From Rebecca billardiae RCC1528 (Eukaryota; Protista; Haptophyta): a stretch of DNA of 64,000 nt. Of the stretch, positions 12,600 to 21,827 are shown in pieces. Location of the stretch: positions 1-64,000 of the forward strand of contig OZ251244.1 of the NCBI GenBank assembly GCA_965240325.2, read 5' to 3'. How positions within the stretch are numbered: the stretch's first letter is position 1; each line of letters begins with the position of its first letter. Made by a program: the position numbers and the translations under genes. Under the pieces are notes generated by a model that was not told where the DNA came from, ran no database searches, and saw only the letters and a program-made list of their open reading frames with translations.

Positions 12600-13200
12600 G
12601 CTGTGGCGAGGGAAGGCGGCTGGGACGGCGGCTGACTCGGTGGCTCTGCGGTGGGCTCGGCGGCGGCGGCGGCCGGGTCAGAGGTGGAGAGGGCGGCAGG
12701 CTTGGCGGCGGGCTGGGCGGCGGGCTGGGCGGCGGGCGGCAGCGGTGGCGGCGAAGGCGGTGGCGATGGCGGTGGGCTCGGCGCCGCCGCCAGCGACGAG
12801 GGCGGCGATAAGAGCGGGGGCGGCGAGCGTGGCGACGGGCTCGGCGGTGGCGATGGTGGTGGCGAGGGCGATGGCGCGGGCTGCGCGACGGGCTGGCCGA
12901 GCTGGGCGGCGAGGGCGGCGGTGGCGACGGACTCGGCGGCGGGTAGGGTGGGCGGCGGGCCTCGGTGGGCTCGGTGGCGGGCTCGGCGGCGGCGAAGGCG
13001 ACGGGCGAGGCGGCAGGCCGGGCGGCGCACTCGGTGGCAGGGGAAGATGGGCTCGGCGTGGGGCTGCGGTGGGAGCGGGGCGGCGACGCGGGAGCGGGAC
13101 CGGCAGCGACATGCGCAGTGGCCAGCGAGGGCTCGAGCTCGGCGGCGCCGCGGCGACGGCGACGGGGGTGGGTCTGGCAGCGAGGGCGGTGACGACGGCG
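12600..13200 (-). pseudogene. Ser/Pro-rich (SPPP) coding remnant, probably from an extracellular-type protein gene
   Basis: PSPPPSPPP tracts are split across two minus-strand frames (12104..13237 and 12499..13209), implying frameshifts. Confidence 0.35.
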
Positions 13201-14289
13201 GACAGGCACGACGGCGTGCGGGAAGGCCGGACCGCACGCGCGCGCGTCACGAGCGCCGCGGCGGCACGGGCGCTCTCCCCCTCGCGCGATCGAACGCTTC
13301 GCCCGCCGCGGCGCGCGGCGCCATCCGCGCGATCAGGCCGGGCCTCGCGTGACGCACCGGCGGGCGGCGGTCTTGAGGTGCGCGTCCTTGCCAAGCGTGA
13401 TTGACGCCATCCAACACTGACCTAGCCCGTAACGGCCTGCTAGTGTACGGTCCCGAATCAAATTCCTTTGATCAAAATAATACCGCCGGTCATTTGCTGG
13501 GCGAGGGGGCTCGGCAAGAAGCAGCGCGGCAAATCAATTCGATCGCCGGCGAATGCCAGGCGAATGTCCGGCCGGATCGGCCCCCACACATGGTCGGCGA
13601 GTGCTCCGCGCACTACGGGCGCGGATGCGCCCGCGGAGCCGGCGCGGGCGGACGGGCTGTTGCGGGCGAGCACCCGGCACCCTTCTGCGCCGCGCGTCTT
13701 GCACCACGCCTCCTTCGCCTCGGCTCGGGGCAGCGCGCACGCGCGCGCCGCCTCGAGCGGCCAACCGCTCGCCCGCGCCGCAACCGACCGCGCGCCGTGC
13801 GCGGCGTGGTCGGGAAGGGAAGGGTGCTGCGTGCCGGGCGAGATGGCGACGCCATGCGCGCGCGCCAAGCAGACCCGCGACGCCGCGAAAGGGCACGACA
13901 GTAGATCCGCACGGCCGTGGCGGCGGCCCATCGGTCGCCGTGCCGACTGCCAGACCTGGGCTCGATGCAAGAGCCCCAGCGCGAGAGCAGCGTCGCATCG
14001 CGCACTTCGGCACGGCCGCACGGGGATACACGTTCACTCGAGCGTAGCCCGCGTGCCCGTCTGGCACTGCTCCGTGTCTCTGTGATCGTCCTGGCGGCAG
14101 GGGCCACCGCGCGGCCGCGCACTCACCCGGCCCGTGCGGGTATTGGTCAAAAGAGACACGCAAACGGGCCGACGACTCGTCCGCTGGCACCGCACGCGAG
14201 CCACTCGTCGCGCGCAGTGCAGCTCGTGCCCTCCCGGACCGAGCCGGCGCCACGCCTCGCGCTCGTGCTCGGGCTGAGGCGGCGCGTGT

Positions 14290-14490
14290 GACGTGTAGTC
14301 GCCCGAGCCGGCGGGTTCGGGGGCGGCGCTAGTACTGATTGATGAGTGAGCTCCGGCTGGGTGGGCCGGAGCCGAGTGGCATCTATCATGCTAAGCCGTC
14401 TCGGCGCCGCCGTATTCCGTATGCGGATGACCCAGCAGCAAGTGTATATAGGCGGCACACACTCGAATACACTCATATATATATATATAT
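14290..14490 (+). mobile_element. Decayed segment homologous to the interior (58150-58320) of the hAT-type element
   Basis: GCCGTCTCGGCGCCGCCGTAxTCCGTATxCGGATGACCCAGCA shared between ~14395 and ~58228. Confidence 0.8.
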
Positions 14491-14619
14491 GTCTAGCCGT
14501 CCTCGAAGCGCCTGCGCCATCCAGATCGGCAGCGAGGAGGCGAGGCACACGCCGGGCAGGGCGGAGCCACGCGGCGAGATACCAGACTTTATACATTGCT
14601 GTATCATATGGGGTTTTGT

Positions 14620-14850
14620 TCCTTGGAAACAAAGTGCGAGCGGCAGCCAGCGCTCGGGCCGAGCGCGCGGCAGGACTGGCCGACGCGCCGACTGCGAGCG
14701 GCGCAGCCACCGTGGCAGCTTGGAAGGCGCAGCTCGAGAGCTGCCAAGCCGCACCAGAGCAAGGCACGAAGCACCATCGTGCAGAGGGCATCGCGAAGAT
14801 GCGGGCCGGAAACAGCTGCAGCCACCATGCCAGTGGGCACTTCCGAAGGG
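14620..14850 (-). pseudogene. Decayed hAT transposase C-terminal dimerisation domain fragment
   Basis: Minus strand reads CPLAWW..LFP...AR..FVP.S, then GAG-C(T)GC-GCC-TTC (ERAF with a 1-nt insertion), then LFxxN; fits hATC consensus PLxWW..FPxL..AR..LxxPxSS...ERxFS. Confidence 0.45.
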
Positions 14851-15326
14851 CGTTCGCTGCGAGTGAGCGAGAGGCACTGGACTGCGTCGGTTCGCTCGGC
14901 GCCTGATGATAAACCCAGTTCACCAATTGGCCGTCCTGTGCCGCCGCCAACCTTGCCTATTTGCCTAAGGCCCAGGAGCATCACAGCGAGTAGGTTGTTC
15001 GGGGTCGTTGTGCGAGCGCACAGAGCAGGCTCGAAAGTCCTTCGTGGCACGAGAAGAGGGTGGCCAAGATGGCAGCCGGACTTGAGCTCGGCCGCCTGGC
15101 TCGGGCCGAATGGCAGGCAGGTGTTGATACGGCGCATTGCGCTCCCACCGTCCTCTTAGACAATCAGCACAGCAACGACTTCTTTTTTAAAGCGGCCGTT
15201 AGCGTGTCCATCGGCCGGATTATTTTACGGAAAATTACTATGCGCTGCGCGCGCGCGCCCAGCGGGCGGCGCGCGCGCGCGACTAGTCCCCCCTGCATGC
15301 CCTAACCGTCAGCTGCCTGATTCCCG

Positions 15327-18300
15327 CTACCCAGCCCCGCTGCCGTCGCGCGCGACATCCGCGCCGTCGCTCACCGTCGCCGAGGCCGAGCGCGCCGCCG
15401 CCCTCAATTTGCTCTTGAGTGCCGACAAGTCCTCCTCCGGAAGCCCAGCCTCCTCGCGCACGAGCTTGCGCGCCGCGATGTACTCGTCGACCAGGTCGTG
15501 CGCGCCGGCCTTCGCCTTGCGCTGCCATTCGCGCTGCCGCTTGCCCTCCTTCTTCAGCCAGAGCCGCCGCACCTTGTCGCCGAACTCCTCCTCCGCCCAC
15601 GTCGCAAGCGACACGCGGCGCAGGAGCTGCGCGGCCGTCGAGATGTGCGGCTGCACCGTCGACTTCTTCCCCTCGGCATACTCGCGGACGAACGAGTCGA
15701 GCGACTTGCGCGCGTTCACGAGCGGCATCGCCCGCTTGGTCACCTGCACGAAGTGCTCCTGCACCTGCTCGTCCGCGAGCTGCACGAGGTGGCCCCACCG
15801 CCTGATCAGCAGAGGCAAGACGAACCGCGCGATCGTCTTGTACTGCGAGGTGACCGGCTTGAGGACGAACAGGTCGAGCGCCTCGACCCACGCCGTCGCG
15901 GCTGCCTCAACCTCGTCCGCACGCTTCGCGCGGCCATCGTCATCGTCCGTGTAGCCGCGCGAGGAGACGAGGTCGTGCAGCTGCCACGTGAGCATGAGCA
16001 GGCGGCAGAAGAGTGCCATGCGCGGCATGTCCGCGATCTCGGCCTTCAACTGCGCCTCGTCGTCAAAGCCGATCTCGTCCATCATCTCGCGCTCCTCCTC
16101 GTCCTGCATGTCCGAGATGCGCGCGTCCTCGTCGCCGCTGTCCGCCGCGCCCGCGCTGCTCGCGCCGTCGAGATCCGCGTCGATCTTCCACACGACCTGC
16201 ACCAACGCCCAGAAGACCGCGTGCGTGCGCAGCAGCGAGATGCCGTCGCCGCGGAGGTCGGGCACGCCGATCTCGTTGGTGCGCGTGCGCCGCTTGGGCA
16301 CTCGCACAGGCACGCCCGCGTTCTTGAACAGGACGATCAGGTCGTACTTGGTGAGCGGCGCGTCGCGGCCGTACAGCTCGTCCACCTCCCTCCACAGCGC
16401 CGACAGCACCGGCTTGAAAGTGTCGTGCTTGAAGTGCATGATGCCGGGGAAGTAGTTGACGTGCTCGAGCTCCAGCTGCGGTAGCAGCCACTGGTTCTCG
16501 TGCAGCTTCTGGTCGACGATGCGCTCGGCGTCCTTCGAGTCGTCGGCGAGAAGGCGGCGGCGCTTGGTCATCTCGGCGTCGCACTCGCCCTGGTCGGCAG
16601 GCGTGACCTTGCACGCAGGGCACGTCACGCCCGGGTCCGCGTGGCACAGCGCGCGCGCGCGCTTGTACGTGCGCAGCCGCCACTGAGGCGAGCCGCCGTC
16701 CGCGCCCGCCTCCTTGACCGCCCACACGTTGAAGCGGAGCGGCGAGACGTTGTGCGAGCCCTGGCCGGCGAGGCTGGCAAGGTTGACATAATCGCCGGTG
16801 TACGTGATGATGGCCTTCTGCTCCTCCGCGTAGTCGGCCGCCTCGCCGCCGCCGCCAAAACCGCCGCCGGCCGCGCCGCCCGCCGCGCCGGCAGCGCCGG
16901 CCGCGCCGGCCGCGCCGGCCGCGCCGGCCGCGCCGCCGGCCGCGGCGGCCGCGGCGGCCGCGGCGGCCGCGCCGCCGGCCGTGCCCGCGCTCGGGTTGCC
17001 AGCCGCGCTGCTCGCCGCGCCGCCGGCCGCGCCACCGGCCGCGCGGACGCCAGCGCCGGCGGTGCCGCCAGCCACGCCGCTGCCGCTGCCGCTGCCGCCC
17101 GCGCCGCCCGCGCCGCCCGCGCCGCCGCCAGCGCCCGCGCCCGCGTTACCAGCCGCGCCGCCGGCCGCGCCGCCGGCCGCGCGGACGCCAGCGCCGGCGG
17201 TGCCGCCAGCCACGCCGCTGCCGCTGCCGCCCGCGCCGCCCGCGCCGCCCGTGCCGCCGGCCGTGCCGCCGGCCGTGCCGCCGGCCGCGCCGCCGGCCGC
17301 GCCGCGGGCCTCGCCGCGGCCCGCGCCGCCGGCCGCGCCGGCTGTGACGGCCGCGGCCGCGCCGCCGGCCGCGCCGGCCACACGTGCGGTGGCGGCAGCA
17401 GGCGGCGTCGGTCGCGGCGGAAGCAGGCCGCTCCGGATCACGTCATTGATCGCGTCGGCGTGCGCACTCCATAACTCGGACATGTCCGAGTCCGGCCGCT
17501 CCGAGATGGCGATCGCCTCTGACGACGCGAGCGCGCCGTAGTTGACGCCCCAGCCGTTGCGCACGATGGCGATCGTGGCCGTGCGCGAGTGAGCCGTGTT
17601 GCCCGCGTCCGCCGAGAGGAGGAGGACGTGCGGCTGCCCGCGCGGGCGCGCGGACTTGCCGTTGCGCTCCGAGCGATCCAGCACGGCGTGCACGGCCTGC
17701 GCCCACGGCCGCGCCGCCGACTCGCTGCCGATCATGAGCACGCCCGCGCCCGCGTGCTCGCGATCGCGCTGCGCGACCTCTCGAGAGCCAGCCGCCGGCG
17801 GCGGGATCGGGTGGCGGATCGGCTCGCGGCCGAAGCCGCCGCGGAAGACGGTGCGGGCCGAGTGCTCGCCCGTCACCGGGTGGATCTCCTTCCCCACCCA
17901 CTCGCGCCACGTGTCGAACTGCGCGTCCGTGACGTTCTTCGAGACGAGGTAGCCGGCGACGTCGTGGTGCGTCTGATGAGATTGAATCTCGCGCACAACG
18001 CCCACTGCGCCGCGGCGCTGCTGGAGGTAGGCGTGCCTCGCCCACGGCTTGCGCGAGCCGTCGTCTGCGCCCTCGAGCATCTCGTGCAGCACGAGGTCCA
18101 TCACGTCGTCGGGCGTGCCACGCAGGATGTGCTCGATATGGTCCGCCTCCCCCCGCCTGCGCTTGCGGCACGCGTTGCTCGAGACCGAGAGAGATGGGCG
18201 CTGAGCGCGCTGCCGATGAGCGCCGTCCAGCCCGTTCAGCTCGGCGAGGTGCTCGAACTTGCCGGCGGCTCGGTCGGCGCGCTTGCGCGCGGCGTCCTTG

Positions 18301-19634
18301 TCGCGCTTGAGCTCGACAAGCTGCGACTGCTGCTCGTCGCAGAGCGACTGGGCGTGCGCGCACTGCTGCTCGAGCAGCTGCTGCGCGTGCAGCGCAGCCG
18401 CGAGCTCGTGCTCGACGCCGCTCAGCGCGTCAGCGGCGATGTGCTCGGTCGCGGTGAGGCGGCGCTCCAACTCGAGGGCCCGATCGCGCTGCGCGTCGGC
18501 GGCGCGCTGCGCAGCTGCGGCCCGCGCGTTCGCCTCTTCGAGATCGCGCCGAAGCTTCGCCTGCGCCTGCTCCGCCTCGGCGTCGTGGCGGGTGCGCGCA
18601 TCCGCGCTGTGCCCGGCGCGGTACCCGGCGAGCACAGCGCGCCTCTCCGCGGCAGCAGCGGCGGCGCGCGCGGCGGCGATCCGGTCGAGGGCCTCGCGCT
18701 CGATGTTCTCGCACTCGAGCTTGACGGCGGCGATCACCACGTCGAGAACCGGCTCGAGATCGACGGCGGCCGAGTTGACGATGTCCTCGCGCTGCCGCAC
18801 CGCGTCGTCGCGCTCGCGCTCGAGCTCGCCGTTGAAGTGCTCGAGCTCGGTCACACGTGTGCGCAGCGAGGTGAGCTCGAGCTCGGAAGGGACGCTGCGC
18901 GTGCTGTGCGAGCGCCGCAACTGCTGCTCGAGCTCGGCCACGTGCTGCAGCTCGGCCATGCGCCTTCGACCCCGTGCTGTCTGCTCGTCCGCCTCTGCCT
19001 CGGGCGTCGGCGCCACGCTGCCAGCCGAGCGCGTGAGAGGCCGCTGGCGGGTGGGCGCGGCCGAGAGCAGCACGGCAGGCGGCGGCGACATGAAGGCGGG
19101 CGAGGCGACGGCAGGTGACCTCGGCGGCAGCAGCTCTTCCGCCGACCCACCGACGAACGACTGCGCCGCCGCGCCAGCGAGGAGGAGTGGCGGCGCGGGC
19201 TGGCGGGAGGCGCTGCGCGTGACCGCGGGCGACGGCGCAGCGGCAGCAGGAAAGCTCAAGGCGGAGGAGGCGTTGGTAGTGGCGGGCGAGAAGACGAGGT
19301 GGTCGGCGTGAGCGGGAAGAGACGAGAAGCGGGCAGCGACGACGGCGGGAGACAAATCGGCGGCGGCGGCGGCGGCTGATGCCGCCGCCTCGCCGCCATC
19401 AGCTCGAAGGAGAGCGAGCGCGCGCGCGGTCGGTGGACGGGCGGCATCATGCGGCGAGGACAGCGGCTGCGGCTGCGGCCGCGGCCGCGGCCGCGGCCGC
19501 GGCTGCGGCGGCTGCACGAGCGGCGGAGGCAGGTGCGGAGGCGCCGACGGCAGCTGCGGCGGTGGCGGAAGCGACGGCAGCGGCGGCGGCCCCAACGGAG
19601 GCAGCGGCTGGGTGTCCGCGACCGCGTAGGGCAT
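15327..19634 (-). CDS. RAG1/Transib-like DDE transposase with N-terminal Pro-rich and coiled-coil region; start uncertain (first ATG 19634, frame open to 20063, possible splice from ORF1)
   Basis: Ordered motifs RPSLSVSSNACRKRRR, VTDAQFDTWR, LLLSADAG (D 17607-9), YTGDY (D 16791-3), PGIMHF, LRGDG, TSQY..LPLLIRRWGHL..ADEQVQEH (E 15756-8) parallel the RAG1 core. Confidence 0.75.
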   Translation of the reverse strand: MPYAVADTQPLPPLGPPPLPSLPPPPQLPSAPPHLPPPLVQPPQPRPRPRPRPQPQPLSSPHDAARPPTARALALLRADGGEAAASAAAAAADLSPAVVAARFSSLPAHADHLVFSPATTNASSALSFPAAAAPSPAVTRSASRQPAPPLLLAGAAAQSFVGGSAEELLPPRSPAVASPAFMSPPPAVLLSAAPTRQRPLTRSAGSVAPTPEAEADEQTARGRRRMAELQHVAELEQQLRRSHSTRSVPSELELTSLRTRVTELEHFNGELERERDDAVRQREDIVNSAAVDLEPVLDVVIAAVKLECENIEREALDRIAAARAAAAAAERRAVLAGYRAGHSADARTRHDAEAEQAQAKLRRDLEEANARAAAAQRAADAQRDRALELERRLTATEHIAADALSGVEHELAAALHAQQLLEQQCAHAQSLCDEQQSQLVELKRDKDAARKRADRAAGKFEHLAELNGLDGAHRQRAQRPSLSVSSNACRKRRRGEADHIEHILRGTPDDVMDLVLHEMLEGADDGSRKPWARHAYLQQRRGAVGVVREIQSHQTHHDVAGYLVSKNVTDAQFDTWREWVGKEIHPVTGEHSARTVFRGGFGREPIRHPIPPPAAGSREVAQRDREHAGAGVLMIGSESAARPWAQAVHAVLDRSERNGKSARPRGQPHVLLLSADAGNTAHSRTATIAIVRNGWGVNYGALASSEAIAISERPDSDMSELWSAHADAINDVIRSGLLPPRPTPPAAATARVAGAAGGAAAAVTAGAAGGAGRGEARGAAGGAAGGTAGGTAGGTGGAGGAGGSGSGVAGGTAGAGVRAAGGAAGGAAGNAGAGAGGGAGGAGGAGGSGSGSGVAGGTAGAGVRAAGGAAGGAASSAAGNPSAGTAGGAAAAAAAAAAAGGAAGAAGAAGAAGAAGAAGGAAGGGFGGGGEAADYAEEQKAIITYTGDYVNLASLAGQGSHNVSPLRFNVWAVKEAGADGGSPQWRLRTYKRARALCHADPGVTCPACKVTPADQGECDAEMTKRRRLLADDSKDAERIVDQKLHENQWLLPQLELEHVNYFPGIMHFKHDTFKPVLSALWREVDELYGRDAPLTKYDLIVLFKNAGVPVRVPKRRTRTNEIGVPDLRGDGISLLRTHAVFWALVQVVWKIDADLDGASSAGAADSGDEDARISDMQDEEEREMMDEIGFDDEAQLKAEIADMPRMALFCRLLMLTWQLHDLVSSRGYTDDDDGRAKRADEVEAAATAWVEALDLFVLKPVTSQYKTIARFVLPLLIRRWGHLVQLADEQVQEHFVQVTKRAMPLVNARKSLDSFVREYAEGKKSTVQPHISTAAQLLRRVSLATWAEEEFGDKVRRLWLKKEGKRQREWQRKAKAGAHDLVDEYIAARKLVREEAGLPEEDLSALKSKLRAAARSASATVSDGADVARDGSGAG

Positions 19635-19999
19635 CACGGCGGCGGACGATGGATCGGATGGCGCGTCGGCGCAGAGGCCGGGCGTGAGACCGAGGACTGG
19701 AACATGCGAGAGAGGCTGAGAATGAGAATGCAGATGGGCATGCGTGGGATCGAGGGCAGAGAGATCGAGGGGGGGATGCGGCGCGACCGCGCCGTCACCA
19801 GCTGGCGCGCGACGCCATCGGGCGCTGCTCGCTGCTCGGCGAGTGGCGGTCAGCTGCTCGCGCTGCGCGCGGCGCGCTCTCCAGTCCGCGCGCTTGCGCC
19901 GTGAGACGTCGGACTCGGGCGGCGCCGCCGGTGCCGCCGCGGCGGGCGCCGCGGCAGGCGCTGCCGGCGGCGCGCCCGTGAGCTCCGACGGGCCCTTCG

Positions 20000-20857
20000 T
20001 CACAGACGGCGTGCGCCGCCAGCCCCGCCTCCGCCGCGGCGCATCGAGACGCCCTGCGCGCACACCTTGAGCAGCTCGCCGCTCACGTCAGCGCGCCCCT
20101 TCTCCTTCTTGAAGCGCCATGGCTGCATCAGCGCGTAGCGCTCGGCGTCGACGCTCACGCCGCCCTGCGCGTCCTGTGGCGCGTGCAGGCCGCCCTGCGC
20201 GTTGAGCGAGATCACGCCCACGCGCACGTGCGCGAACTGCTGGTACGCGCCGTCCGGATCGAGCCGATGCATCTCGGTGTGCTCGATCGAGAGCGAGTGC
20301 ACCGTGTTGATCGCCGAGAGGTGCCGGTCCGTGCGCGCGCCGCCGAGCGCGTTCGCCCGCAGCGGCTTCGGGACGCGGCGCATGCCCAGGTTGAGCCACG
20401 TCGAGATGCGCTCGGGCTGGTACGAGCTCACGGTGCGCCGCGTGCGGTCCTTCTCTCGCGTCTCGTGCACGACGCCCTGGTCGTCGAGCGAGGTGAACAT
20501 CGGCGAGTAGAGGGCGTCACGCGGGAACAGCGCCAGCTTGGCCTTGCGCAGCAGGTTGCCCTTCTTCCGGCTGCCCTTGATGGCGACGAAGTTGTTGACC
20601 TTGCGCTTGACCTCCGCCAGGTAGTTCTCGTTCGGCATGATCGAGTGGTCCACCTCGCTCGCCGCCTCGCGCGCGCGCAGCATGAGCGTCTCGTGCTCAG
20701 CCGCCTTCTCCGCGGCCGCCGCGGCCATGCGCCGCCGCACAGATGCGGCAGAGACCTTGCGCCCGATGCCGTAGCCGCCCTTCCGCTGCAGCTTGACCTT
20801 CTTCGGCTTCGCGCAGGAACGCTTGCCCTTGCCCACGGTAAGCACAGCCGTCGTCAT
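20000..20857 (-). CDS. Transposon ORF1, 285-aa basic protein of unknown function (or first exon of the transposase)
   Basis: ATG start, GC3-biased coding-like codons, Lys/Arg-rich N-terminus; AAG|GTGTGC donor-like site at 20065. Confidence 0.75.
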   Translation of the reverse strand: MTTAVLTVGKGKRSCAKPKKVKLQRKGGYGIGRKVSAASVRRRMAAAAAEKAAEHETLMLRAREAASEVDHSIMPNENYLAEVKRKVNNFVAIKGSRKKGNLLRKAKLALFPRDALYSPMFTSLDDQGVVHETREKDRTRRTVSSYQPERISTWLNLGMRRVPKPLRANALGGARTDRHLSAINTVHSLSIEHTEMHRLDPDGAYQQFAHVRVGVISLNAQGGLHAPQDAQGGVSVDAERYALMQPWRFKKEKGRADVSGELLKVCAQGVSMRRGGGGAGGARRL

Positions 20858-21419
20858 TGCTGCGCGCGGCGAGCGCGGTCCCGCGCGGCCGTGCCAGGCG
20901 CAGCCGCAGCAAGTTAGTCTGATGCAAATTCCCGGTCACCCATGCAAAAGTAAGCGTTCCCGCTGAGCATGTGCGTGGATCACGAGTAACCCGCCGCCTG
21001 AATACAAACTCCGCGCCCCTCCATACACTTCCTGCATCCCCGCGCGCGGCGGCGTGCAGGCGGGCGCAGATTCGCACCGTGTTACGAACAGACCTAGCAA
21101 AGTAGATCGGCGTGGCGGGTCGGGACGCGGAGCGGGTGCGGGGCAGGTGGGGGATAGGTTGGGGAACACCCGCGATTAGAGCACCGGTGGCGCAGCGGCG
21201 ACGTGGACGCCGCCACACGCGCACGCACGGCGCACGCGCGCACCGGGACTTTCAACTTCGCGTCGGAGCTCTGGACGACCGTCGGTTGGTCCGAGGCGGC
21301 GCGAGGAGGCTCTCGGGATTGTGGCCGGACGCCCGGGTTGAGCCGTTAACGGCCGAAAATCAATTTGTTGGAGTTTCCTTAACGGCCGCTTTAAAAAAGA
21401 AATCGTTGCTGTGAGTTAT

Positions 21420-21605
21420 TATTGTGCCAATAACCCCACATATATATATATTAATATATATGCATCATCAGCATATCGGATATTATAAAGTAGCTGCGGC
21501 TAGTGCCTAATGAGTAATGGTCAGGTGACTGTCACTCAGAACAACATCAATATATGCGGGTACGTACATCCCCATAATTATATTATTTACAAATGATGGG
21601 AATCC
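21420..21605 (+). mobile_element. Decayed continuation of the hAT-interior homology (58317-58400)
   Basis: TAACC(CC)ACAT..TATATATA and TATATGCGGGTA..CCCATAATTA..AAATG..GG occur in the same order in both places. Confidence 0.6.
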
Positions 21606-21827
21606 GAAGAAGGCTTTTTCAGTGATGGCGAAAATGGGTCTAATGCTGCGGAAACTCAAAGTCAAAGGGCTGCGTGGATGCGGGCGCAGACTCAGCGTCC
21701 GACTCGCCGTCGGAGTCGCCAGCGGCACCGCCGGCGCCGTCGTCGCCATCGTCGTCGGCACAATCGTCATCAGCGTCATCGCCGCCCGTCGCGGATGAGC
21801 TGCAGGTGGGGGAGGACTGCTATGCTC

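Larger units (their letters stand above)
15168..21413 (-). mobile_element. 6.2-kb TIR DNA transposon with RAG1/Transib-like (CMC-related) transposase and a second ORF
   Basis: 34-bp TIRs CACAGCAACGAYTTCTTTTTTAAAGCGGCCGTTA at 15168-15201 and 21380-21413 (1 mismatch); AG on both flanks; two uninterrupted minus-strand ORFs inside. Confidence 0.92.

Noticed and set aside
4957-13404. Very long ORFs (up to 2645 aa) in several frames across the satellite
   Set aside because: Artefact of a stop-poor GC-rich repeat; unit lengths are often not multiples of 3 and the frames swap
13400-14290. Short ORFs in lower-GC DNA
   Set aside because: No recognisable domain or coding bias; probably decayed mobile DNA
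15168-15240. True 12/23 RSS organisation in the TIRs
   Set aside because: Only CACAG matches; no ACAAAAACC nonamer at 12 or 23 spacing and the TIRs are symmetric
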